Shown here piece by piece: positions 36,635 to 49,424 of a stretch of 64,000 nt of DNA. This DNA comes from Macrostomum lignano (taxonomy: Eukaryota): the NCBI GenBank assembly GCA_002269645.1, contig NIVC01002632.1:62001-126000 (forward strand), given 5' to 3'. A model generated the notes under the pieces. It did not search any database and was not told the origin of the DNA. It was given only the letters and a program-made list of their open reading frames with translations. The position numbers and the translations under genes were made by a program. Numbering within the stretch: the stretch's first letter is position 1; each line of letters starts with the position of its first letter.

Positions 36635-37736
36635 TTAAGTAGCCAGCTTTGCCTCTAGTTCAGCGTACTCGGCTTCTAAACGAGCCACCTCTTGGAGAAA
36701 TCTTCGTCCACCCTGGCGGCTTTATTGCGCACCTCTTCCATGTACTCGCGCCAGACAGCCTCGCGCTGGGCGCGCCCTTCTCGCAAAACGGCTGGAATTG
36801 GCGCCGTCGTGGATGGCGCCGGCGCTTCGGTTGGTAGCGCGGCCAGGAATCGGCGCTCGCGGTCGCTGATCTCGGCGCATCTGCGGGTTGGTATAACGAG
36901 TGGATTTAAAACTGAATTCGATGGCTTGTTAGAGAGCCTGGATACGAGCCTCAGTAAACATCTCGAAACTGTCAGTAAGCATGTCAAAAACCTGTCAGTA
37001 AACATCTAAATAACTCTCAGTAAACATCTCAAAACTCTCAGTAAACATCTCAAGACTGTCAGCAAACATCTCAAAAACTGTCAGTAAACATCTCGAAACT
37101 GTCAGTAAGCATGTCAAAAACCTGTCAGTAAACATCTAAATAACTCTCAGTAAACATCTCAAAACTGTCAGTAAACATCTAAATAACTCTCAGTAAACAT
37201 CTCAAAACTGTCAGTAAACATCTTAAAACTGTCAGTAAACATCTCAAAAACCTGTCAGCAAACATCTCAAAAACCTGTCAGCAAACATCTCAAAAACTGT
37301 CAGCAAACATCTCAAAAACTGTCAGCAAACAGCTAAATGTAAAAAACCTGTCAGCAAACATCTCAAAAACCTGTCAGCAAACATCTCAAAAACTAAACAA
37401 CCTACTAAGCACCACCACTGTTAATCGCATGCTAATAGCTACTAACTTATTCAGCGCAGCGCCGCAAGCCTCTTTAAAAGCGGCAAGATTAGCTGACAAC
37501 AAATCGCAGGTGGCAGGCGCAGTGCTGTCAGTCAAGGTAGTCAGGTCAGCGGCAGATTTATTTAACAGATTAGCGGACTCTTCCATGCCGCCACGACGAC
37601 CTTCCAGATGCACCAGCTCCCCAGACAGGACACTGTGGTGGGCGAACAGCCGGTCAAAAAGGCGACCAGCGCTGGCCAGTGACTGCTGCTGATGCTGCTG
37701 CTGCAGCTGCTGCTGTATGAGCTGCTGGTGAGACTC
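36635..37736 (-). CDS. BLOC1S5: BLOC-1 subunit 5 (Muted) homolog; first exon not located; one apparent 1-nt frameshift
   Basis: Exons 37736-37447 and 36880-36635 join as AALNKCAEISDRERR. RLFDRLFAHHSVLSGE and WREYMEEVRNKAARVDEDF(+1 nt)LQEVARLEAEYAELEAKL match remembered Muted motifs (SRLLDHRPVIQGE; WDNFMKEQPNKRAEVDEEH...LKEQYAEMEKDL). Confidence 0.78.
36945..37392. repeat. Intronic minisatellite of about 21-22 bp
   Basis: (tcagtaaacatctcaaaactg)n with variants, filling the BLOC1S5 intron. Confidence 0.95.
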
Positions 37737-37832
37737 CTGAAAGTTAGTTTGGTTGATGAAAGTTGAGGCAAAAGTCTCTGACACTATATTTTATTAGGAA
37801 TAGACTTTAAGCATTAACTTAGTATAACAACA

Positions 37833-38196
37833 AGGGGGGCCGTAGCCCAGCGGTCTAGCGCAGGCTCTGGTGTGCCAGCGACCCAGGCTCGATTCCAAGT
37901 GCAGTCACATTAATTTGGGGCTGAATTGGAATCTCGGCTTGGCTCTGCTCGTGCAATTAACGGCCTTGAGAGCCAACCCCCCAAGGCGCAGTGAAGTGTA
38001 CATGCCTAACGATAAAATAAAGTTAGGGCCGCTGTACACTCCTGTGTGAGTGTGTGCCTGCGTACGTATCCGCGCGCTTGTGTGCCTGCTCAGGGGAGTC
38101 CGCGGAATGGGCAGTAATGCCTCTCGCCGGTTGTGTGCCTATGTCGCTTAAAGTGCGCCAGGGTGCACACAACCCCCTGCCTCTAATAAAAAATAA
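37833..38196 (+). mobile_element. Full-length tRNA-derived SINE, family A (copy 2), with 13-bp TSD
   Basis: Head gggggccgtagcccagcggtctagcgc...ccaggctcgattcc and tail aataaaaaataa. Flanked by tagtataacaaca at 37820-37832 and 38197-38209. Confidence 0.9.
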
Positions 38197-41100
38197 TAGT
38201 ATAACAACAGTTATAAGGCAATATATTAGCAATTACTTAATGCAATAAAAAACCATTGACAAAAAATGCCAATGATGGTCTTACAGTAAAAGTTTTAAAA
38301 ATATAAAGTGATGTTTTGTCCTCAAAGAAACGAATTTTAGTCATTCATCCTCATCATCAACCTTCAAAGAAGCCTTCTTAACACAGTCTCCACCTGTACC
38401 AACACAATTTTCCTACCCCTTGAGCATTCCATACCTTTGGCCTTCTTTGGACAGCATACTCATGATATAGTGTCAAAAATCACAAATATCAAAACACTTG
38501 ACTAAGCAAAATTTTGCAAGGTGCAAAACAGTGAGATTTGCTTACAAGTGACAGAGTGTACATAATATTCAATGTAGAAGTGGTGGACAGTAAGAGATTG
38601 ATGCACTGTGCATTACAGCCATTTTGTGTATGCTTGTACTTGCATGCTGTAAACAAGATCCATAAGAAACTAAGTTATGTACTTCACCTTTTACTGTAAG
38701 ACTTTCAGTGGCATTGCAATAGTTTTATCATAACTTTTGAAGGAAATGACCAAATACACACAACTGAATTCATCTGAAAAAGAGATATGCTGCTTTAAAA
38801 TGACACCAAAGTTGTGCTTATAGCTGCTGTCAAAACTTTCTGGATACCTCATATTGCATTGGCACTGACCTTAATAAAGTTATAACATATTTAAAAGCTT
38901 AAGATAGTATATTACATAAGCAATATTTACAATTTAAGGAAGAACAAAAAGTCATATTCTTAAACTTTTACAAGGCAATTTTTAGATCTAAAGCTTGTTG
39001 ATATCTAGATAACTAGGTAGCTTTTAGATTTGCCACATTATTTTTTCAAAAATACCACCAACTATTTGCCAAAAAATTGCTATAATAAACAGCATACTTA
39101 TTTTGCTAAACACCTATCTACAGAAATAGCTAGGCCCTACTACTCATTAAAAATATAACATACAATGTATTATGCATTTTTGTTTGAAAAAACAATATAA
39201 TAATATTTTATAATTACAATATATCATTGAGATATTGCTTTAAATTTAGAAATCAATTAGGAAATAATTGATCCTCAACTATGTTAAATGCCATGGTATA
39301 TAAAAAACAGTTACAAATAAATGGAAAAAAATTCCAATCAATAACAAAAATGGGCTCAATCAATAATATCAGCTATCACACAACTGGGCACAGTCATAAG
39401 TGTTTCACAACAGTAATTTGTTTTGCAACATTCTGCTTAGCACAGTGAGTAATATATACATGTATTGATTAGTATGATTATGTCATAAATCTGACAACTG
39501 TGCTAAAAACAGTTGAAGAAAGTTATAAATGTGCCAATAAGTATAGTTTTGGCAAAGTTAACATAATTGCAGATTTTTTTAGGACAATTATTTTTCTGCT
39601 GGGAAATTATTTCATTTAAGTCCAAGCTATGATACTTAGGCATACTGTATACCTTGCCTTTTAGGGAATATACTCTATAGAAACTAAAATTAATACAAGG
39701 AATCCCTGAGATTGATAATGATATACTAATTTTTATTATTTAAAGTTAGAATTTTTTTCAAATTACCTCTGCATTAAACGGACATAACTGTCATAACGAT
39801 AGTTTGAATATAAGCATAAGCTACACGCTACAAGTATAGCATAAATTATTAAAGCTAATAATAATATATTGACCTTAAAAAATTAGTCTAGGAAAATTGT
39901 CTTTTTAGGTTGGTAACTTTCTTCGTATTTATTGGAAAAGGTTCGCAAGGTTCATTCAGTACATTAATTTACCGTTTTTTAGCTCTAAACGCGTCAATTT
40001 TAAGAATATTTGTTCTAATAAAAAGTTTAATTTGAAATAGTACGCATTATATGACTTTAACAAACCATGGAAGGCACTCGTTTTAGAAACTCGACCGAAA
40101 AGGGTTTTAGATTGAGAAAAACGTCGTAATAATCACACTGGTGTGAAAATTCTGACTCCACCAGCACTGCCCCTTCTTTTTGAGTTTGTAGCCGTGTGCG
40201 ACAATTCTCCGATCCATATAGCTTGCTATTGGTAACACTCGGGAGCCTGTTGAGCGTGCGTGAGTGCGCGCCTACGATTAATGGCTTAATTTCGAGCTGT
40301 CTGGTTGGTTGCTTGAAGCAAAGCTTGGCAGTCTGCTTCCCACCCATCTGCAACCACGTTTCCGGTTCTCCCTTCCCTTCCAATTATGTTTTCTCTTCCG
40401 GTCTACTCATGTACATGTATATTACACACCCATCTGCATGACGTGCATACGTATTTGCAAATGCATGAGGTCCTGGGGTGAGCATGGAGCTTTTGGGCCC
40501 GCAGCAGCTCGAGGACCCTGTCAGACTTTTTATATTGTTTGAGTAAAGGGCAAGACATTTTTAATTGGGGTTGTTTGCAAGCGGGTTTTGTTGCTTGATT
40601 TTGGGCCATATATATGGCACATGTACGCAGTGTATGTGTAAAATCACGCTAAAATTACATGACATGAAATTGAATATCATCATATAATAGAGGGATAGCT
40701 GGTCTAATAAAGCTAAAACTCTGATCTACTCGGTGGTGATAATATAATTGAGATAATCTCTGGCTTTATTATGAGTTCAAGCTACTAGGAGAACCAGTAT
40801 ATGAGGTGAGACAACTTAATTTACGTTGGTTCGAAGAGACATATGGGCTCCTGTGGCCGTATGCCCCTGGGCCGAAGATACAGGTTTTTCTGATAAATAA
40901 TTAATTTATACAGACCGTTAAGGAAATGCATTTTTCATAGTACCGCTAGTAGTACATTTTTGTAATTTGGTACATACTGTACATGTAATCGGATGTATGC
41001 CATCCAGAGCGCATGTACACTGTAATTGAACCGACGAATAATTCGACTGAGAAATGTTTTTCAAGGCCGATTCACTACACATGTGGACTAATTGCCAAAC

Positions 41101-41721
41101 TGGAGTTTACATGTATAAATACTATGTACATCCTGAGCCATTCTAATAGGCCAAAGAAATCCAAATATTTAGGGGGGGGGGGTAATACGTATTAATTCTA
41201 AGAAAATCGAGTTTAAGCGCACGCGTTCGATTTTCCGTCCTTTTCTCCGTTCTCAAACGGTTCTATCGTTCACGCGATTATTGTTGTCCTTCGTATGAGT
41301 TGTTAGCTCTGATCTATCCTTGCTAGATATAGATAGATCAGATCACATCTAGATCACAATTCTAACTCTTCTTTTCTTCTACGAGTATTTCCTAAACTAT
41401 GCTTATTAATATATAATCACAGCTTCCATTCTCTTTCTACATCATTTAAACAGCATGCATGAATTAGGCATTGCACATGTATCAATCAGCCTTCCTTCTA
41501 GAAATGTTTACGAACTTCATCTGCCTGTCAGTAGTGACATGTACAGCGGAGCTAGCTAGCTACTAAACATGAAGCAGTGACGGGGTTAAAACTAAACAAC
41601 TTTTCTATCCACTAAATGCCTTATATTATTCGAATAAGATTGATGCATACAGAGAGCATCAACTTATTAAGGTGTTTAGAACTCGAGCCTACTATACGGC
41701 AACACGTCTTACCGCGCCACT

Positions 41722-44248
41722 ATGCAAAATATGTCGACTTTATCGTTTTTCTATTTGCTACTTTTTGTTGCAGGGACGGTACAAGTGTGTGCCATTGAGT
41801 TGCAATTCACTGAGCGAACAAATGAAAGCGAATGTACTTGCAGCTGGACTGCTATGGGTGCTGCAATGTACAACTTCCGTAAGTATTAATGCATCTTTAA
41901 TGCTGGTAGTCCGAAAAGGCCGACTGCTCCATCGTCATCGCTGATTGACTGCCTTTGCCAGGTTGAGTCCAACTGCAACAGAGCGATTGGCTGTCGGTGG
42001 GACCGAGGCAGCGACTCCTGCGGCCCCTTCCAGATTAAACTGGCCTACTGGCAGGACGCCTGCGAATATGCCGGCCGAAAGCTGGGCGGCGGTGAGTGCG
42101 CGGTAGCCAATTTGGCAGCCCATGACTAGCAAAATTGTAGATGACCAACAGGCAACCCACCGAAAACCCTGAGGCAACCCGCAGACAACCTGCTGGCAAT
42201 CTTTAGACAATCCTCCGATAAAGCTTCGAAAACCCACAGACAACCCACAAGAACCATACGGACAACCAACAAAAACCTTACAGAAAACCTACAGACAATC
42301 TACAGACAACACACAGACAACCCACAGACAACCCACAGATAACCTACAGACAACCCACAGAAAACCTACAGACAATCTACAGACAACACACAGACAACCC
42401 ACAGACAACCCACAGATAACCTACAGACAACCCACAGAAAACCTACAGACAATCTACAGACAACACACAGACAACCCACAGACAACCTACAGATAACCTA
42501 CAGACAACCCACAGAAAACCTACAGACAATCTACAGACAACACACAGACAACCCACAGACAACCCACAGATAACCTACAGACAACCCACAGAAAACCTAC
42601 AGACAACCCACAGTCAAGCAACAGATAATCCACAGACAACCCACAGATAACCTACAGACAACCCACAGATAATCCACAGACAACCCACAGATAACCTACA
42701 GACAACCCACAGAAAACCTACAGACAACCCGCAGACAACCCACAGACAACCCACCGATAACCTACAGACAAGCAACAGACAACCCACAAACAACCCACAG
42801 ACAACCCACAGACAACCCACAGAAAACCCACAGAAAACCTACAGACAATCTACAGACAACACACAGACAACCCACAGATAACCTACAGACAACCCACAGA
42901 CAACCCACCGATAACCTACAGACAAGCAACAGATAACCTACAGACAAGCAACAGATAATCCACAGACAACCCACAGATAATCCACAGACAACCCACAGAT
43001 AACCTACAGACAACCCACAGATAATCCACAGACAACCCACAAATAACCTACAGACAACCCACAGAAAACCTACAGACAACCCACAGACAACCCACAGACA
43101 ACCCACCGATAACCTACAGACAAGCAACAGACAACCCACAAACAACCCACAGACAACCCACAGACAACCCACAGAAAACCCACAGAAAACTCATAGACAA
43201 CCACAGAAAACCTACGGACAACCCACAGACAACCCACAGATAACCTACAGACAACTCACAGAAAACTCACAGACAACCACAGAAAACCTATGGACAACCC
43301 ACAGACAACGCACAAGTATGCAAATGATTTCCCCTATAAAAAGCATAAAATAAAAATTGTAAACGTCATAGTTTACGTACATGCCGTTTAACTCTCCAGA
43401 TTGGAAGAACTGCACAACAGGACCAAACAACATGGCCTGCTCTGTGGAAGCAGTTAAAAACTATCTGGCCAGATACGGTCAGTACTGTGTGGGCAAAGGC
43501 AAAGTGCCAACCGACGAGGTAAGAGGGAAACAGTGGCGGTTGCATGCACGAGCTACGGTATTTCTTTTTTGTCTTGACCCCACTGACTCCCGTTATTGGG
43601 ACTTTCCTGACTCCTGTTTTGGGAGCTTCTTGACTCCCGTTTTTGGGACTTTCCTGACTCCCGTTTTTGGGACCTTCCTGACTCCCGTTTTGGGACTTTC
43701 CTGACTCCTGTTTTGGGAGCTTCTTGACTCCCGTTTTTGGGACTTTCCTGACTCCCGTTTTTGGGACCTTCCTGACTCCCGTTTTGGGACCTTCCTGACT
43801 CCCATTTTGGGACCTTCCTGACTCCCGTTTGGGACCTTCCTGACTCCCGTTTTGGGACCTTCCTGACTCCCGTTTTGGGACCTTCCTGACTCCCATTTTA
43901 GGACCTTTCTGATTCTTGTTTTGGGACCTTCGTAACTACCGTTTGGGACCTTCCTGACTCCCGTTTTAGGACCCTTCTGACTTCCATTTCGGGACCTTCC
44001 TGACTCCCATTTTACCAGCTACTCCCATTTTGACTGCCTTAAGCCGCACTAACCTTAATCTCGTTCTACATATAACATATCGACTGTCACGCTTCTCTCC
44101 GAAGGACTACGCCAGAATTCACAACGGAGGACCGAACGGCTGCAAGAAGGCGTCGACTTTGGCTTACTGGAAACGGGTGCAGGCCTGCATGCCGCGCTCT
44201 AGCCAGTGGTACCTCTGGATATACTTTTGTTATAACATGCATGGCTAA
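41722..44248 (+). CDS. Invertebrate (i-type) lysozyme / destabilase; 5' end ambiguous
   Basis: Exons about 41910-42091, 43400-43518 and 44105-44248 give LIDCLCQVESNCNRAIGCRWDRGSDSCGPFQIKLAYWQDAC...CSVEAVKNYLARY...DYARIHNGGPNGCKKASTLAYWKRVQAC. Signal-like ORFs start at 41722 and 41822, but neither joins in frame without a 1-nt correction. Confidence 0.88.
42230..43310. repeat. 10-11-bp intronic minisatellite (cacagacaacc / cctacagacaa)n, about 1.1 kb
   Basis: Fills the lysozyme intron after 42091. Confidence 0.95.
43590..44030. repeat. 22-24-bp intronic minisatellite (gggaccttcctgactcccgtttt)n
   Basis: Fills the last lysozyme intron. Confidence 0.95.
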
Positions 44249-44429
44249 ATTGACAGAGAATGCTCCTACTGAGAGAAACACTAAAAATGGGACAATTAAA
44301 GTTTAAATTCTAACAATAACTTGAGATAACGTAAAATTTCAGATTGCTCAAGTTTTTTTAAGTTTACATAAGAGTCAACTAAGCTCAACAATGGCAGGAG
44401 CTCAATTTATGTCATCTCGCTGCATGGCC

Positions 44430-45062
44430 TAAGGGGACAGGGGACAGGGGCACTCACCAAGAGACAGGGGCACCCACCGAGAGACAGGGGCACCCACCGA
44501 GAGACAGGGGCACTCACCGAGAGACAGGGGCACTCACCGAGAGACAGGGGCACTCACCAAGAGACAGGGGCACCCACCGAGAGACAGGGGCACTCACCGA
44601 GAGACAGGGGCACTCACCGAGAGACAGGGGCACCCACCGAGAGACAGGGGCACTCACCGAGAGACAGGGGCACTCACCGAGAGACAGGGGCACTCACCAA
44701 GAGACAGGGGCACCCACCGAGAGACAGGGGCACCCACCGAGAGACAGGGGCACTCACCGAGAGACAGGGGCACTCACCGAGAGACAGGGGCACCCACCGA
44801 GAGACAGGGGCACTCACCAAGAGACAGGGGCACCCACCGAGAGACAGGGGCACCCACCGAGAGACTGGGGCACTCACCGAGAGACAGGGGCACCCACCGA
44901 GAGACAGGGGCACTCACCGAGAGACAGGGGCACTCACCAAGATACAGGGGCACCCACCGAGAGACAGGGGCACTCACCGAGAGACAGGGGCACCCACCGA
45001 GAGACAGGGGCACACATCAAGAGACCGGGGGCGCTCACAAAGAGACAGGAGGCACCCACCGA
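44430..45062. repeat. 20-bp minisatellite (gagacaggggcacycaccga)n
   Basis: About 31 units between the lysozyme and TPMT-like 3' ends. Confidence 0.97.
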
Positions 45063-45387
45063 GACAGCAAGACAGTGTAAGCTATTGTTCCTATCCAAGC
45101 ATCAACAATACGTATTTAAACAAAAAAAATTTATCCAGAAAATATATCTAATTAAGAATGATAAATTTCGATAAACACGTTTTGGTAACGTGTTTTGGTA
45201 ACGTACGTTCGATATTTTTTGCTAACTTTTTGCATCCAATAAAAGAATTATATTATTATTATCTATCTGATTTCGACAATAAAACTTGAATTCGAACGAC
45301 GCTTATTTATGTTTTAATTAATCATGTTTAAAACAAACATTTGTTTATGTTTTAATTTAATTTTCTACAAAGCAGTCATGCCAGCCA

Positions 45388-48297
45388 CTAAAGCTCGTTG
45401 CACATGAGAGCGACCTGCAGGACGCCTGGAAACGGGTCCCAATCAGTGGGCATAAACGGGCCGCCAAACAGCTGCCTGAAAGGCTCCTTCATGACTGACG
45501 ACTTCCAGTTCAAAGTGACCGCCGATCGGGACACATTTTCAATCCGCAAATGCCTGCCGAATAGTTCGCGAATCTCACCCAAGAACACCGGATGCGGCGG
45601 CAGCGGGAACACCGTCGGATCGTACTCGACAGTCTCGATCAGGATGTGAAAGTTCTCAGCCCGGCAGTGCATCAGCTGTCGCACGTAGGCCTTTCTCTGG
45701 TCGACGTTCAGGCAGGCGAATGCGCAGCGGTCCCACACAAAGTTGTAGTGATGGTCCAGGTAAGACGAGCAGGTGAAGAAGTTGCAAACAAATATTCGAA
45801 GTCGTCGATCGGAAGTTCGACAGAACAGAGTGCCGCTGGGCAGGAGGCAGCGCTCCAGCTTTAGGTCTGGGTTGCTCTGCAAACGAATATGAGTTCGTGG
45901 TTTGTTGGTGCGTTGGAGAAAGTTCTCAAATCGATTTAGTTAAAAGAATTTAGGAATCTGGGGCTCCGGCATCTAAGGGTTCGATTTCCCCTCTTGTAGT
46001 TGTACTCCTTTTGAGTCTTCGCAGCAAGAGACCGTATTTACGGTCTTTCGAGAGCGTCGGACTCACGACTGAAAGGTCGGGAGTTCGATTCTCGACCCAC
46101 TCGGAAGAATTTGTGTTCTTGAGCAATACACTTAACTCTGCATTGCTTCAGTTCACCCAGCTGTAAAATGGGTGCCAGCATTAGCTGGGGTAATTGAGGG
46201 TGTGTGGCGACCCCCAGTCCTTGGACTGAACAGCCGTACGCAGCCTTCAGATGCACCGCGCAATAGCTGCGGCTGAGCTGTCGGTTGCACATCTGGCCCA
46301 TTAGGGCAGGTGCAATAAAATAAATAATATAAATAAATCTCCTTTTGAGATTCCTTTCGAACAGAATGGTTAGGGATCTTGATCACAAAAATTAGCCATA
46401 ATTATAACGCCTTTAAGCCAAAGGAAAAAGACAGGGATTAAAACGCCTTAAGGCCTCAATCAAACAAACCCTGCCACTCACACTGATGAAGGCGTTCACC
46501 ACTCGCTGGTTGCTGTCAATACCGGTGACGCAGACGCCCTGCCTGTACAGCCAGACCAGGTCCTTGGAGCAGCCGCACATCGGCACCAGAACGTAGAATC
46601 CGCGCTTAGACAAACTGCTGTCAGTGACGCCCAGACGATGCACGATGGAGTCCCAATAGCGAACCAGACTCTCCGACACTTCCAATCGATGCCAATAGGG
46701 TCGCACAGTTGTCTTGCTGTTGCCGAACGTGTGAAAGTACACGCCGTCCCAGAGATCCTCGTCCATCATGAGGCGTCGATAGGAGGCTACTAAGGAGAAT
46801 AGAGGCTCCACGGCCGCTAGGTACATGCTCTGCACTTTCTGACGCTCGTCCTTTGTGTCGATGCTGGCCTGATAGAGAGAGAGAAGAGAAAAAATGTTGT
46901 GAAAGAAGACTACTCGTTAAGACGTTGTAGGTTTAATAATACACGTGAAACTGCTGCGTTGCTTATATTGTGGCGTTGCGGTCTGAGTATTACTGTAAAC
47001 CGCTAACGCACCATAGAATCAAGGGAGAAGCAAGGGAGTACGCTTGTTATCACATGGGTGTGCAGCGGCCGTGACTTCCCCTCGTTAGGCATGTACATAC
47101 ACTTTGTGTCTTGCGGCTTGGCTCTCATGGGCCCGAATTGCACAAAGCACCCGACCAGCTTTCCTGGAAGAGCTACAGGAATCGAACCCTGGACCAGAGC
47201 ATTTCTTTACTCTATAGCCTATCTTTAACGTTAAAAACTTGTTGAATCGTGTTAAAATTGCTTATTTAATGTAAATTTATATGCAGATGCATTATTGTAG
47301 GTAACCAAGGTGAAAAAACCTAATAAATCAGTCAGAAGTTCTCACCGATTTAGTTTGAAGTTGTTGCGACCGATTGAAAAATGAAGCAGTCTGCAATGAA
47401 GAAAAACATTTTTTACTCATTGACGGTTAAAGAAGATCTCAGGAAAGTTCATGGAGAGCACATGATGAACTCAGGGAGAGCACATGATGAACTCAGGGAG
47501 AGCACATGATGAACTCAGGGAGAGCACATGATGAACTCAGGGAGAGCACATGATGAACTCAGGGAGAGCACATGATGATGAACTCAGGGAGAGCACATGA
47601 TGAACTCAGGGAGAGCACATGATGAACTCAGGGAGAGCACATGATGAACTCAGGGAGAGCACATGATGAACTCAGGGAGAGCACATGATGAACTCAGGGA
47701 GAGCACATGATGATGAACTCAGGGAGAGCACATGATGAACTCAGGGAGAGCACATGATGAACTCAGGGAGAGCACATGATGAACTCAGGGAGAGCACATG
47801 ATGAACTCAGGGAGAGCACATGATGATGAACTCAGGGAGAGCACATGATGAACTCAGGGAGAGCACATGATGAACTCAGGGAGAGCACATGATGAACTCA
47901 GGAAGAGCACATGATGAACTCAGGGAGAGCACATGATGAACTCAGGGAGAGCACATGATGAACTCAGGGAGAGCACATGATGATGAACTCAGGGAGAGCA
48001 CATGATGAACTCAGGGAGAGCACATGATGAACTCAGGGAGAGCACAGAGCAAGCCTAAGTAGCTCAATAGTTAAATAATAATTTTTTATAAAGGATAACG
48101 CTAACAGTAAAGTAATAAATAATAGCAAATCAAACAAATCAATACTTTAAGTTAACCAGGCGACCGAAGCACATCCCGGAAGCGAAACTCACCGTTGGCT
48201 TTGATAGCCGCGAGACGCCCAGAGCCACTATTGGCTCGTCAAGCAGCAGCCCCGTCGACGGGTTGTCGCGATTTTCGATTTGAACTTTCGACTGCAT
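45388..48297 (-). CDS. Thiopurine/thiol S-methyltransferase (TPMT-family) protein (about 326 aa)
   Basis: Exons 48297-48193, 46868-46482 and 45876-45388 (phase 0). Motifs VLVPMCGCSKDLVWLYRQGVCVTGID, IFVCNFF, FVWDRCAFACL...RKAYV and VEYD...PPHPV. Assignment of the first exon is less certain. Confidence 0.8.
46016..46338 (+). mobile_element. tRNA-derived SINE, family B (copy 2), with 11-bp TSD, in a TPMT-like intron
   Basis: gagagcgtcggactcacgactgaaaggtcgggagttcgattctc head, then cttgagcaatacacttaactct...cagttcacccagctgtaaaatggg, then an A-rich tail. Flanked by ctccttttgag at 46005-46015 and 46339-46349. Confidence 0.9.
47040..47200 (-). mobile_element. Diverged SINE fragment related to family A
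   Basis: Shares gcagcggcc...tcgttaggcatgtaca with 9690..9936. B-box-like gggttcgattcc on the reverse strand near 47185. Confidence 0.5.
47452..48046. repeat. 22-bp intronic minisatellite (gaactcagggagagcacatgat)n
   Basis: About 26 near-perfect units, with periodic 25-bp variants carrying an extra gat. Confidence 0.97.
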
Positions 48298-48499
48298 ATC
48301 GATTGAATTGACAAGTGAGGCTTTGATTAACCTTGGTTTGTGTGGATGGCTAAATGGGTGATTTAGCGTGTAAATGGAAACTGTTAATAATTTTCTGTAG
48401 TACCTGGTAATTACCCTAGACAAAATTTATGCTATTTCAATTTTATTTTTGGATTCTATTTTACTTATTATATAGTATGTTGTATTGCATAGCTGTGAA

Positions 48500-48700
<201 letters not shown>

Positions 48701-49104
48701 CATCATTGATCAAAGTGATCATTGATCACTTCATTTTTAAAAACAGAAAGATGCTAAGAATACATAAGTCGATGTTTTAATTGCACCTTTTTGTTCTGTT
48801 TCCCTTGGCGAGAAGCTTGAAAAAGTTTTTTAAGAGTTCTTTATTGTTTACATATTTTGGTTACAAACTTACGTAGAAAATTCACAAGTAATAGAAATGT
48901 AATGCAACGATTAGCTCATACATACTAAATTAACAAGAAAAAAGAGCTTCAATTTATCCGCTTATAGAGATGCGTTATGAGATTCACAATATGGCAAAAC
49001 AGACGACACAAAAGTGAACTTACAAACGGTACACTCGGTTAGTTTTTAAAATTATTTGTGGTTCTTTTATGAAAGTCAACCAACCGAACCCGCCACCCCC
49101 ACCC

Positions 49105-49345
49105 CAACCCCACTACTCCGCTAAAGCAGTCACCCAGCCCCGCAACCCCCTAACACCGCAGTCACCCAGCCCCGCAACCCCCCAACACCGCAGTCACCCA
49201 GCCCCGCAACCCCCCAACACCGCAGTCACCCAGCCCCGCAACCCCCCAACTCCGCAGTCACCCAGCCCCGCAACCTCCCAACACCGCAGTCACCCAGCCC
49301 CGCAACCCCCCAACTGGCACCCAGCCCCGCAACCCCCAACTCCGC
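49105..49345. repeat. Minisatellite of about 32 bp (cacccagccccgcaaccccccaacaccgcagt)n
   Basis: About 7 units just 3' of the GPCR stop codon. Confidence 0.93.
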
Positions 49346-49424
49346 AGTTGTGCAGGCTGCCAGGCCAAAAACAGATTGAGTTTAAGAATTATCGATCTTT
49401 AAAAGCGTTATTCACCGTAGGAAC

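Noticed and set aside
40057-40609. Short ORFs on both strands (108, 81, 77 and 68 aa)
   Set aside because: No motifs and no consistent splice signals. I could not show that any is the missing first exon of BLOC1S5.
46028-46105. Possible tRNA genes (also near 12290-12353, 37834-37900 and 9870-9936)
   Set aside because: A/B boxes are present but cloverleaf pairing is poor. Each continues into a shared SINE body with an A-rich tail, and two have TSDs.
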